A DNA stretch of 64,000 nucleotides, from the NCBI GenBank assembly GCA_963741915.1, contig CAVUJW010000023.1, forward strand, positions 310,968 through 374,967, in the 5' to 3' direction. Positions 9,680 through 18,362 of this stretch are shown piece after piece. The notes under the pieces are model-generated. The model worked only from the letters and a program-made list of their open reading frames with translations, ran no database searches and was not told the origin of the DNA. Positions within the stretch are counted from its first letter, which is position 1. Every line of letters starts with the position of its first letter. Both the position numbers and the translations under genes were made by a program. Source of the DNA: an uncultured Chloroflexia bacterium. Lineage in GTDB: Bacteria; Chloroflexota; Limnocylindria; Limnocylindrales; CSP1-4.

Positions 9680-12415
9680 ATGGCGTCGCCAAGAGAATCA
9701 ACCAAGCCGACCGACGAGCGGCCTTCGGGAGCCGCTCCCCATGGGGGTGCGGCGCTCGGGCCGCTCGTCGCCACGAAGCTCCTGGCTCCGACTTCGGTCA
9801 CCGGCTACCGTGAGCGTTCGCGGCTCAGTGCGATCTTCGATCGGGGACTCGACGACCGGTCCCGCCTGACGCTTCTTTCGGCGCCGCCGGGCTACGGCAA
9901 GACGGTCGCCGTCGCCGGCTGGCTCGGGTCGCGCGGGCTCGCCTGCGCCTGGCTCTCGCTCGATGCCGCCGACAACGATCTCGCCCGCTTCGTTCGCTAC
10001 CTCGCCGCGGCGTTACGAGCGGTCCGGCCAGAGGTGGGCGACGCGACGGAAGGCCTTCTGGAACCTGGTGTCAACCCCGGCATCGACCTGATCGGGGCCA
10101 CACTCCTCGAGGAGATCGCCGCGAGCGACGACCCCTTCGTGCTCGTCCTCGACGACTACCACGTCATCGGCGCCGAGCCGGTCCACCGCCTGGTGCGGTT
10201 TCTCATCGAACGCGGGCCGCCCTTCGCCCGCCTCGTCCTGCTCACCCGCGAGGACCCGCCCCTACCCCTTTCCCGCCTGCGGGCCCACGGTCGCCTCGTC
10301 GAGCTGCGGGCCGACGAGCTGCGCTACACGGAGGCGGAGGCGTCCGGCTATCTCGCCGAGGCGCTGCCGGCTGAGCTCGATCCCGAGCAGATCGCCAGGC
10401 TCCTCGAACGGACCGAGGGCTGGATCGCGGGGATTCAGCTGGCGGCGATCTCGCTGCGCAACCGAGCCGATGCCGGCGCGCTGATCGAGGCCGTTGGCGG
10501 GAGCCAGCGCTTCGTGTTCGACTACCTCGCGGACGAGGTCCTTGGCCGGGTCGACGGGGACCTGCGCTCGTTCCTGGTCAAGACCGCGATCCTGGACCGG
10601 TTCAGCGTCGAGCTGTGCCGCGCGCTGACCGATCGCGAGGATGCCGACGCGCTGCTCGACCAAGCCGAGCGGGCCAACCTGTTCCTCGTCCGGCTCGATT
10701 TCGCGGGGCATTGGTACCGCTATCACCGCCTCTTCGCTGACTACCTCCGGTCGCAGCTCGGCGGGGACGAGCGACGGCAGCTTCATGAGCGCGCCGCAGA
10801 CTGGTTCGAGCATGCCGGTCTCGAGTCCGAGGCGATCGATAGCGCCCTCGCCGCTGGTTCGACCGAGCGCGCGATCCGCCTCGTTGAGCGCGTGGCGCGG
10901 CCGACGTTCGAGGCGGGGGAGCTGGCAACCCTCCTCGGTTGGCTCGAGGCACTCCCGCCCGAGCGGGTCCCGATGAGTTCGGAGCTCACCCCCCTGCACG
11001 CCTGGACGCTGTTCGAAACGGGCCAGGTGGCGGCCGCCATGTCGCTCGCCGAGCGTCATCTCGTCTCGTCCGGCGCGCGCGGGCCGGCCGAGGGACGGCT
11101 GCTCATCCTCCAGGCGCTGATGGCCACGGTCACCGGGCCGGACGCGGAGAACCTGGCCAGCGAGGGGATCGCGCTGGTTGGCGAGGATCCATTGTTCCGC
11201 TCGTTCGGGCTCCTGGCCGCAGGTCTCGCAACGCTCGCTCGCGGGGAGTACATGCCGGCCGTCGAGATCCTGCGGGCCGGCTTCGAGGCGGCGCTCCGTG
11301 CGGGGAACCCGATGGCCGTCCTGCCCGCGGTCAACCCACTCGGCCATGCCCTTGCCGTGGCCGGCCTCCGCGGCGAGGCCGAGACGATCTGCCGCACTGT
11401 CCTCGCGGAGCAAGCCGATGGCCAGGGCAGACCGCGTCCGATCGCCTGGCCGGCCCGCGTGGTGCTGGGCATCGTGCGCTACGAGGCCAACGACCTTGCC
11501 GAATCCCGCCGCGAGCTCGATGCGGGATTTGAGGCGGCCCGTCAGATGGGGGTCGGCCGTCCCGTGCTCGGCTGGGCGATCCCGTACCTCGCGCTCGCTC
11601 GCCTGGCCTGCGGTGAACCTGAGGCTGCGCTCGAGGCGCTCCACACCAGCCAGCGCGACCTTCGGGCGACCGGCATGGCGCTCCCCGGGCTCGCCGGTGA
11701 GATCGAGGCCCGGATCTTTCTGCGGCAGGGCGATGTCGCGGGCGCGGGACGCTGGGCGGACCAGGCCAGGCCGGACGCACCGCCCGGCTCGCCGCTCCTC
11801 GAGCTCCTGCGTCGCTCGATGGACGTGTCGATCGCGAGGGTGCGGCTGGCACAGGACAGACCCCAGGAGGCTCGCGAGCTGCTGGCTCGGACGCGCGTGG
11901 CCCAGGAGACGTCGGGCGCCGTCGCCGACCTGATCTCCATCGGGGTCCTGGAAGCAGCGGTCGCCGAGGCGACCGGTCGCCGGGCGGAGGCAGTGCGAGC
12001 CCTGGGGCAGGCGGTCGAGCTTGCGGCGCCAGGCGGCTACGCTCGACGCTTCGTCGATGACGGGCGGAGCGTCGCCCGCCTCCTGCCCCTCGTCCGAACG
12101 GCTGCGCCCGAGTTCGTCGATGCACTGATCGCCGCCTTCGCCGCGGAGCCGACCGAAGCCGACACACCCCGCCTGCGCGGGCGGGGTGTGTCGCTGTGGC
12201 GGGACGCCGACGGGCGGCTCCTCGAGACGCTCACCGCGCGTGAGCTCGATGTGCTGCGGCTCATGGCAGAGGGCGCGAGCAACGCCGAGATCGCGGCAGG
12301 CCTGACGGTCTCGCTCGGCACCGCGAAATGGCATGTCGGCCACGTCATCGCCAAGCTCGGCGCGACGAGCCGCACCCAGGCCCTGGTGCGCGCCCAGCAG
12401 GTCGGCCTCGTCTAG
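9680..12415 (+). CDS. LAL-family (MalT-like ATPase + LuxR HTH) transcriptional regulator, copy 2
   Basis: Track ORF 9551..12415. I prefer the ATG at 9680, which avoids overlap with 9106..9561. Long identical stretches with copy 1 (RLTLLSAPPGYGKTVA, ACAWLSLDAADNDLARFV, GAVADLISIGVLEAA, RRFVDDG). C-terminal LuxR HTH. Confidence 0.88.
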   Translation: MASPRESTKPTDERPSGAAPHGGAALGPLVATKLLAPTSVTGYRERSRLSAIFDRGLDDRSRLTLLSAPPGYGKTVAVAGWLGSRGLACAWLSLDAADNDLARFVRYLAAALRAVRPEVGDATEGLLEPGVNPGIDLIGATLLEEIAASDDPFVLVLDDYHVIGAEPVHRLVRFLIERGPPFARLVLLTREDPPLPLSRLRAHGRLVELRADELRYTEAEASGYLAEALPAELDPEQIARLLERTEGWIAGIQLAAISLRNRADAGALIEAVGGSQRFVFDYLADEVLGRVDGDLRSFLVKTAILDRFSVELCRALTDREDADALLDQAERANLFLVRLDFAGHWYRYHRLFADYLRSQLGGDERRQLHERAADWFEHAGLESEAIDSALAAGSTERAIRLVERVARPTFEAGELATLLGWLEALPPERVPMSSELTPLHAWTLFETGQVAAAMSLAERHLVSSGARGPAEGRLLILQALMATVTGPDAENLASEGIALVGEDPLFRSFGLLAAGLATLARGEYMPAVEILRAGFEAALRAGNPMAVLPAVNPLGHALAVAGLRGEAETICRTVLAEQADGQGRPRPIAWPARVVLGIVRYEANDLAESRRELDAGFEAARQMGVGRPVLGWAIPYLALARLACGEPEAALEALHTSQRDLRATGMALPGLAGEIEARIFLRQGDVAGAGRWADQARPDAPPGSPLLELLRRSMDVSIARVRLAQDRPQEARELLARTRVAQETSGAVADLISIGVLEAAVAEATGRRAEAVRALGQAVELAAPGGYARRFVDDGRSVARLLPLVRTAAPEFVDALIAAFAAEPTEADTPRLRGRGVSLWRDADGRLLETLTARELDVLRLMAEGASNAEIAAGLTVSLGTAKWHVGHVIAKLGATSRTQALVRAQQVGLV

Positions 12416-12446
12416 ACCTGCGGCGTCCGATCATCCGCGCCTGAGC

Positions 12447-12504
12447 CCCTCCTTTCGGGAGGGAGATCGCGCGACGAAAGACCGGCCTTTCGCGAGGCGC
12501 GATC
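12447..12504 (+). terminator. two adjacent stem-loops downstream of LAL copy 2 (6-bp hairpin, then 8+6-bp extended hairpin)
   Basis: ccctcc-tttcg-ggaggg, then gatcgcgc-ga-cgaaag-accggc-ctttcg-cgag-gcgcgatc, read directly. No U-tract. The function (terminator or regulatory leader) is inferred. Confidence 0.4.
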
Positions 12505-12531
12505 GCGGGCCACGAGCCTGAACATCACGGC

Positions 12532-12750
12532 ATGGACCGCTACGAGATCCGGGTCCCTGGCCACCTCGACCAGCGACGCGTCCGTTCCCTGGGCGGCGCA
12601 GGGCTTCGCCGTCGATCAGGCGGCCTGTGCGGGCTTCTGGCGCGGCTGCGGGACGCGGGTCTCGAGCTCATTGCCGCAGACGCATTCGCGTGTCCATCGC
12701 GCCCGTCAACTGCGACGGAGAGGCGAACGCACGACAGAAGGAGCCGTCCG
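12532..12750 (+). pseudogene. internally deleted copy of the small YEIRV-family gene, read in frame into the next gene
   Basis: MDRYEIRVPGHLDQRRVRSLGGAGLRRRSGGLCGLLARLRDAGLELIA lacks about 13 residues (the ...LLCFAAVDQAAL... block) present in 13657..13905. There is no stop before 12751. Confidence 0.5.
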
Positions 12751-13210
12751 ATGACGCCGATTGAAGACCAGGTCACCAAGCTCGAGACCAGGCCACGTCC
12801 CTACGTGCCCTCGCGGTTCTTCATGAGCCGCGTGGTGAACCCGATCACGCTATTGCTCGGCGGCCCGACGCTCACGGTGCGCGGTCGGCGCACCGGTCGC
12901 CCGGTCAGGACACCTATCCCCACGCTCGAGGTCGAGGGCGCCCGGTATCTCGTCTCCGGTGGCGGCGAGACGCACTGGGTGCGCAACCTGCGGGCGGCCG
13001 GCCAGGGCGAGCTGCGGAGGGGCCGGACGCGCGAGCCCTTCCGGGCGGTCGAGGTTGGCGGTGATGGAACACGACCGGGTGGTGACCGCCTATCGCGAGC
13101 ACATGGGCTGGCGGGCGCGCGAGTTCTTCACCGCCCTTCCGGACCCGGCTGACCACCCCGTGTTCCGAGTCGAGCCGCAGTCAGCGGGCAGTGTCGAGAA
13201 CGAGGAGTAG
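12751..13210 (+). pseudogene. deazaflavin-dependent nitroreductase-family oxidoreductase with one frame break near 13051-13072
   Basis: Strong RBS GAAGGAG 7 nt before ATG 12751. MTPIEDQV...TLTVRGRRTGRPVRTPIPTLEVEGARYLVSGGGETHWVRNLRAAGQGELRRGRTREPFRAVEV continues in the other frame (ORF 12959..13210) as EHDRVVTAYREHMGWRAREFFTALPDPADHPVFRVEP. Span length mod 3 = 1. Confidence 0.65.
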
Positions 13211-13214
13211 AGAC

Positions 13215-13649
13215 ATGTCAGACCAGATGATCAAGCTCATCATTGCCGGCGCCCTCCTCCTCCACGGCCTCGGCCATGGTGGCGCGCTTGGGGCGCTGAT
13301 CTGGATCGGGGCGCGGCCCGGCACCGATAGCGGCGGCTGGCAGGCGGCCCGCTCGTGGCTGGCCGCCGGGCTGCCCGCCGGCACGGCCACGACGGTCGCC
13401 AGCGCCTTCTGGATCGTGTCGCTCATCGGGTTCGTTGCCGCGGCCCTCGGCTTCTGGGGCATCGGTCTCCCGGGCGAGGCCTGGCGCCCGCTGGCGGTCG
13501 TCGCGGCGCTCGTCTCGATGGCGGGCATCGTCCTCTTCTTCGGCACCTGGCCGATGTTCAACACGCTCGCCGCCCTGGCGATGAACGTCGCCGTGCTCGT
13601 CGCCCTGCTCGGCCTGCACTGGCCGCCCGAAGCGATGTTCGGGAGGTAG
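13215..13649 (+). CDS. 4-TM membrane protein, paralogue of 9106..9561
   Basis: ATG 13215 preceded by GAGGAG. MSDQMIKLIIAGALLLHGLGHGG... aligns end-to-end with 9106..9561. Confidence 0.7.
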   Translation: MSDQMIKLIIAGALLLHGLGHGGALGALIWIGARPGTDSGGWQAARSWLAAGLPAGTATTVASAFWIVSLIGFVAAALGFWGIGLPGEAWRPLAVVAALVSMAGIVLFFGTWPMFNTLAALAMNVAVLVALLGLHWPPEAMFGR

Positions 13650-13656
13650 GCCGGCC

Positions 13657-13905
13657 ATGGACCACTACGAGATCCGGGTCGCCGGGCACCTGTCCGGGCG
13701 GAGGGCGCAGGCCCTTGGCTGCGTCGGATTCCGGCTGCTGCCTGGCGGCGAGTCGCTGCTGTGCTTCGCTGCCGTCGACCAGGCGGCGCTGTACGGCCTG
13801 TTGACCCGGCTGCGGGACGCGGGCCTCGAGCTTCTGGGCGCCGAGCGCATCGCCGCGCCGGCCGCCACCGAACCACCAAAGGAGGCTTCCCATGTCATCG
13901 ATTGA
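13657..13905 (+). CDS. small conserved hypothetical protein (YEIRV family), copy 3, intact
   Basis: 82-aa ORF MDHYEIRVAGHLSGRRAQALGCVGFRLLPGGESLLCFAAVDQAALYGLLTRLRDAGLELLGAERI. Confidence 0.7.
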   Translation: MDHYEIRVAGHLSGRRAQALGCVGFRLLPGGESLLCFAAVDQAALYGLLTRLRDAGLELLGAERIAAPAATEPPKEASHVID

Positions 13906-14764
13906 ACCGCGCGCCATCGCACGAGATCTCGGGCTCGCCTACCTGGCCTCGCTCTTCGTCGCACTCGGCATCGGCGTCGCTTCGGGCGCGGGCCTCCTCT
14001 CGGACGCTCACAGCCGGTACGGCGACTCGTCGCTCGTCCTCGTGTCGCGCCGCGCCGACGCCGCCAATCTCATCCTGGTCGTCCCGATCCTGCTCGGCGC
14101 GATGTGGCTCGCCCGGCGTGGCTCGCTCGTCGGCCTGCTCCTCTGGCCGGGCGCCCTGTTCTATGCCTGCTACGCCTATGTCCCGTACCTCGTCGGGGCG
14201 CAGTTCAGCGGGCTGTTCTTCATCGACGTCGCCCTGGTGACGATCAGTGCGTTCACGCTGGTTGGCATCGCGGCCAGCGTCGACGGTCAGGAGGTTCGCG
14301 GGCGCCTGGCCGCGGCGCCGGCGCGCGGGATCGGCGCCGCCCTGGCCGTCATCGCCGTCGCGGCGTATGCCGGATTGGCGGGAGCCGCCATCGTCGCCTT
14401 GGGAGACCCCGCAAGCGAGGCGGCGAGTCGGCCGCTGGCGGTCGCCGACTGGGCGCTCGGCACCCCGGTCCTGCTGGGCGGTGGCGTCCTGCTCTGGTTG
14501 CGCGTGCCGCTCGGCTACATGGCTGCCCCGGGACTGCTCCTGGTGTCTGGGTTGGGGGGCGTGACGTTCGCCGTCGCGGCGGTGATGGACAACCTGCTGA
14601 GCGGCCCGCGGACGGAGCCGGCGGTCGTCGCCGTCCACCTCCTCATCAGCGTCGTCAGCTTCGGGCTCCTTGCCTCCTTCGTTCGGCGGGCGACGAACCG
14701 GCTGCCGCTCGGACGACCCTCCGCGAGCTCGGCGCATCAGGCCGCCACGGGAGTCCGGACATGA
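13892..14764 (+). CDS. polytopic membrane protein, unknown function
   Basis: 290-aa hydrophobic ORF with about 8 predicted TM stretches by eye. Overlaps the previous gene by 14 nt and the next by 4 nt. Confidence 0.65.
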   Translation: MSSIEPRAIARDLGLAYLASLFVALGIGVASGAGLLSDAHSRYGDSSLVLVSRRADAANLILVVPILLGAMWLARRGSLVGLLLWPGALFYACYAYVPYLVGAQFSGLFFIDVALVTISAFTLVGIAASVDGQEVRGRLAAAPARGIGAALAVIAVAAYAGLAGAAIVALGDPASEAASRPLAVADWALGTPVLLGGGVLLWLRVPLGYMAAPGLLLVSGLGGVTFAVAAVMDNLLSGPRTEPAVVAVHLLISVVSFGLLASFVRRATNRLPLGRPSASSAHQAATGVRT

Positions 14765-15453
14765 AGGACCGACTTGGATTCTGGGTGGCGATCCTGACCG
14801 TCCTCGTCACGGCGACGTTCGCGGTGGTCGGGGTCGCGACGCCGGCCCGGAGCGGGCCCTTCTGTGCGACCTGGGGCTGCATCCCGGCTCCTTACACCGA
14901 CGTCGCGCAGTTCATCCCCGGCGACTACCTATGGCTGATCCCGGGCATCGCGCTGGTGCCGATCTTCGTTGTCCTCATGGCCTCGATCCATGGCCGGGGG
15001 CCGGAGGCGACGAGGATCTTCAGCCGCATCGGACTGGCGTTCGCGGTCGCCTACGCGGTCGTCATCGGCGTCGAGTACTTCGCCCAGTTCGCTGTGGTCA
15101 TCCCGAGCCTGCAAGCCGGTGGGACGGAGGGCTTGTCGCTATTCACCCAATACAACCCGCACGGGCTGTTCATCGCCGGCGAGGCGTTCGGCTACCTATC
15201 GATGAGCGCCGCGCTCTTGTTCGCCGCTCCGGTCTTCGCTGGCGGCCGGATCGAGCGCGGAATCCGCTGGTTGTTCGTGGCGGGCTTCGTGCTGGCCGTC
15301 GTGGCGTTCGTCGGCTTCTGGGTCGTGGGCGGTGACCTGGTCGCCTTCGAGGTGAGCGTCCTGTCGATCAACTGGATCGTGCTCATTGCGTCTGGGGTGC
15401 TGTTGAGCATCCTGTTCCGGCGAGTCACCGGGGCTCGCTCGGTTACGAGCTGA
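14761..15453 (+). CDS. polytopic membrane protein, unknown function
   Basis: ATG 14761 (ATGA overlap with the upstream stop) inside track ORF 14104..15453. MKDRLGFWVAILTVLVTATFAVVGV..., hydrophobic throughout. Confidence 0.65.
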   Translation: MKDRLGFWVAILTVLVTATFAVVGVATPARSGPFCATWGCIPAPYTDVAQFIPGDYLWLIPGIALVPIFVVLMASIHGRGPEATRIFSRIGLAFAVAYAVVIGVEYFAQFAVVIPSLQAGGTEGLSLFTQYNPHGLFIAGEAFGYLSMSAALLFAAPVFAGGRIERGIRWLFVAGFVLAVVAFVGFWVVGGDLVAFEVSVLSINWIVLIASGVLLSILFRRVTGARSVTS

Positions 15454-15495
15454 GGCATGTGGCGGCCAAGCCGCGGGGCGCGGAGGTTAGAATCA

Positions 15496-15948
15496 ATGGT
15501 GCATATCGAGGGTGAGATCTTCATTGACCGGTCGGTGGAAGAGGTGTTCGACTTCGTCGCCGACGAGCGCAACGAGCCCCGTTACAACGCGCAGATGCGC
15601 CGTGCGGAGATGGTCTCCGAGGGACCCATCGGCCCGGGCACGCTGTTCCGGGCCGAGGTCGTGAGCGGGGGCCGGGCTGTTGCGATGGTTATCGAGTTCA
15701 CGGAGTACGAGCGGCCACGGAGGCTGGCGTCGACGACGCGCATGTCTTCCATGGATATTCGGTACACCCTGACGTTCGAGCCCGTCTCCGAGGGGACTCG
15801 GATGCGGTGGGTCGGCGACGTGGAGCCGAAGGGCTTCCTCAGGCTCATAGCCCCGCTGGTGGCCTGGATGGGCCGGCGACAGGAATTGAGGATCTGGACC
15901 GGCCTGAAGCGTCTCCTCGAAGGTCAAGAGGCTCCGGCCGCCCAGTAA
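15496..15948 (+). CDS. SRPBCC (polyketide cyclase/START-like) family protein
   Basis: MVHIEGEIFIDRSVEEVFDFVADERNEPRYN... is a typical SRPBCC N-terminus. GGAGG lies 10 nt before ATG 15496. The track ORF starts at 15457. Confidence 0.75.
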   Translation: MVHIEGEIFIDRSVEEVFDFVADERNEPRYNAQMRRAEMVSEGPIGPGTLFRAEVVSGGRAVAMVIEFTEYERPRRLASTTRMSSMDIRYTLTFEPVSEGTRMRWVGDVEPKGFLRLIAPLVAWMGRRQELRIWTGLKRLLEGQEAPAAQ

Positions 15949-16743
15949 TGACCCGGGCGAGATCGATGGATCTCCAAGGGCTCAGCGCGACGCAGATCGT
16001 GATGTGCTCCTGGGTCAGAACACGGCCAACGCGGCCCCTGCTGCGGCGCCGCGACGCCCCTCGGCGTCTAGCGCCCCGGGAGTTTACGCATTGCGGACGG
16101 GGTCAAAGTTGCGGGTCGGAGCGAACCTGCATCCTGTCGGCCATCGGGCCCGGGTCTCCCAATCTGGACCGGCTTATGGGCCTCTGCATCAGGCGCTGTT
16201 CCGGACGGTCGCCTCCCAGATCTCGCAACCTTCGATAGGGATCATCCGGAATCCCGCGTGGGTACACGCATGTGCGACTCCTGTCGGAGGCGCTCGAATC
16301 CCTAGTCGGACGTGCGACCTTTCGCCTCGGCGGACCTCGTCGATCTCCCATCCAGCGCCGGTGCGGAGAACGCGTCATCAATCGCACGTGGAGCCAGGTC
16401 GCGATGGCACGCCGGGGACGAGCAAGCTCCTGACCGATGCCCACTGGCGCCCGTTCGTTGGCGCTCACCGGGCGGGAGCCCATTGAAGCCTTGCGTGGCT
16501 GACCCGCGGCGTCGAGCCGAACGCCGATAGTCGAGCCGATGGTGCCGTCGCCGAGCCGTGAGTCGCAGGTACAGAGCCCCCTGGAGGGGACGAAACTTCG
16601 CGCCCCAGTGGGAGTCCGCGAGTGCCGGGAGCGCCCGAGGCTGAGTGCGCAGCCGGGCCGGGCCGCATACTGACGGCGGAGCACCGCGGGACCACGGGCC
16701 GAGCTCTGCTGGAAGTCCCTAGCAGAAGGAAAGAGAACTAGAA

Positions 16744-17240
16744 GTGGTTCTGATCCTGGTTGTCATCGCACTCGTCGCAATCAACATCCTGGAGAGAGTG
16801 TGGCTGAGGGTGCGCCATAGCAGTCAGGCCCCTCGAACCTTGCGGCCAGCAGCTTCGGCAATCGGCGTCATCGCCGGTGTGATCGGCGTGCAGCACGGGT
16901 ATTACGAAGTCCTCCATCCCGACAAGCCCTTGAACGGGATCCTGTTTGATGCCGTTTCGGGAACGTCGTTCTCGAATCTGCCCACTTCGCGATGGACAGG
17001 TTGGCCGGCCATGACGCTTGTTCCAAACTTCCGCATCACCGGGATCCTCGCCATCCTCGCTTCCCTGGTGGTCATGGCATGGTCGGCTCTGTCATTCAAC
17101 GAAAGAACGGCGGCCTGATCCTGGGTCTGCTTTCGATCTTGATGCTCTTGGTGGGTGGGGGGTTCATTCCACCTCTATTTGGGATCAGCGCCGCAGCGAT
17201 TGGCAGTCGTGGAAGAAGCAAACAAGCGGTGTTGTCGTGA
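16744..17240 (+). pseudogene. membrane protein gene with a frame break near 17080-17100
   Basis: ORF 16744..17118 (...ILAILASLVVMAWS...) continues in ORF 16992..17240 (...VIQRKNGGLILGLLSILMLLVGGGFIPPLFGISAAAIGS). Span mod 3 = 2. The segment looks visibly less GC-rich than its surroundings. Confidence 0.4.
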
Positions 17241-17591
17241 CCAAGTAGCAGTGCCTTCACGGCGCTGCCTTCATTGAGAACCGGTGCCCCGGCTACCAGC
17301 TTCACGCGGTCGCGGGGGCCTGGCGATGCTTGTCCAGCAGTGACCCCGTTGAACCGAGGCGCGCGACCTTCACGATCACCGTACAGGCGAGCCACAGGGC
17401 GGTCTGGAGGCAAAGGTGTCGTCCTAGGTGGCTGGTGTGAAACGCACGTTCTGACCGGCTGACGGGCGGGCACGGGCGCAGCGGGAGGAACGCCCGGTTC
17501 CAGCGCGGGATCCCGGGTCTGGAGATCGCAGGTCCCGGCTCAGCACGACCGACCTGCGGGTAATGGGCGGGAGGCCCGTCGCTCCCTGACG

Positions 17592-18362
17592 TCAGCCGGC
17601 CTTGGCGGCTGCCCAGGTCCCGCCGTTCCCGCTGAGGCCGAGGACCGCGAGCCGTGCGAGGTTGACCGCGGCGGCGAGAAGGGCGAAGTCAGCGGCGACC
17701 TTCGGGGTGCCCCGGACCCGTGCCCGCCGGCCGCCGTGTCTCCGCCGCATGAGGTGGGCGAGCTTGCGCTCGACCTTGGGCCGGGTCGCCCGGTAGTCGG
17801 CCAGCCAGGCGGGATCGCGGCTCGCGGTGCGGCCAGTCGCGAGGTGTGCTTCGTGGGGACCGATCTCGATCGAGCGCCCGCCCGCAGACGTGGTGCACTG
17901 GGCGGACAGTGGGCACATGGCGCAGGCGGACCGGAAGCGAGCCTGCCACTCGCCGCGGCCATGGCGAGTGAGCCGGGCGACCTGGCCCGCCGGGCAGGTG
18001 ACAGACCCGGCGTCGAGATCGATGGCGAAGTCGTCCTTGGTGAAGTGGCCGGGCACGCCGGTCGCGGGCTGGACCTTGAGGCGGCTGACGGCACCAGCCT
18101 CGTCGAGCGCCTCGAGGGTCGGGCCCGTCCCGTACGCCGCGTCGCCGTACACGATCGGCGGAGCGGCTGGTGCGGCCGCCGCCAGCTCGTCGGCGAGCAG
18201 TTCTTGCACGACCGACGCGTCGCCCGCGTTGCCCGCCGTGACCGCGGTCGCGGTGACGAGCTCGGCATCGGGGTCGAGCGCGACGTGGCCCTTGTACCCG
18301 TCGAACCCGCGGGCCTCGGTCTTGTGGCCGTGGCGGGTGTCGGGATCGACCGTGCTGATCAC
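17592..18362 (-). CDS. IS1182-family transposase, C-terminal DDE part
   Basis: ISTVDPDTRHGHKTEARGFDGYKGHVALD...GNAGD...YGDAAYG plus Cys-rich VTCPAGQ...CAMCPLSAQC. The combined span 17592..19162 has length mod 3 = 2. Confidence 0.85.
   Translation of the reverse strand: MISTVDPDTRHGHKTEARGFDGYKGHVALDPDAELVTATAVTAGNAGDASVVQELLADELAAAAPAAPPIVYGDAAYGTGPTLEALDEAGAVSRLKVQPATGVPGHFTKDDFAIDLDAGSVTCPAGQVARLTRHGRGEWQARFRSACAMCPLSAQCTTSAGGRSIEIGPHEAHLATGRTASRDPAWLADYRATRPKVERKLAHLMRRRHGGRRARVRGTPKVAADFALLAAAVNLARLAVLGLSGNGGTWAAAKAG

Noticed and set aside
10262-12343. 693-aa minus-strand ORF
   Set aside because: Antisense to LAL copy 2, with no recognisable domains. The same applies to 24458..25948 and 25642..27276 opposite LAL copy 3.
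16103-16684. 193-aa minus-strand ORF in the unassigned gap
   Set aside because: Arg/Pro/Ser-rich with no motif, and it overlaps equally long ORFs in other frames. There is no support for coding.
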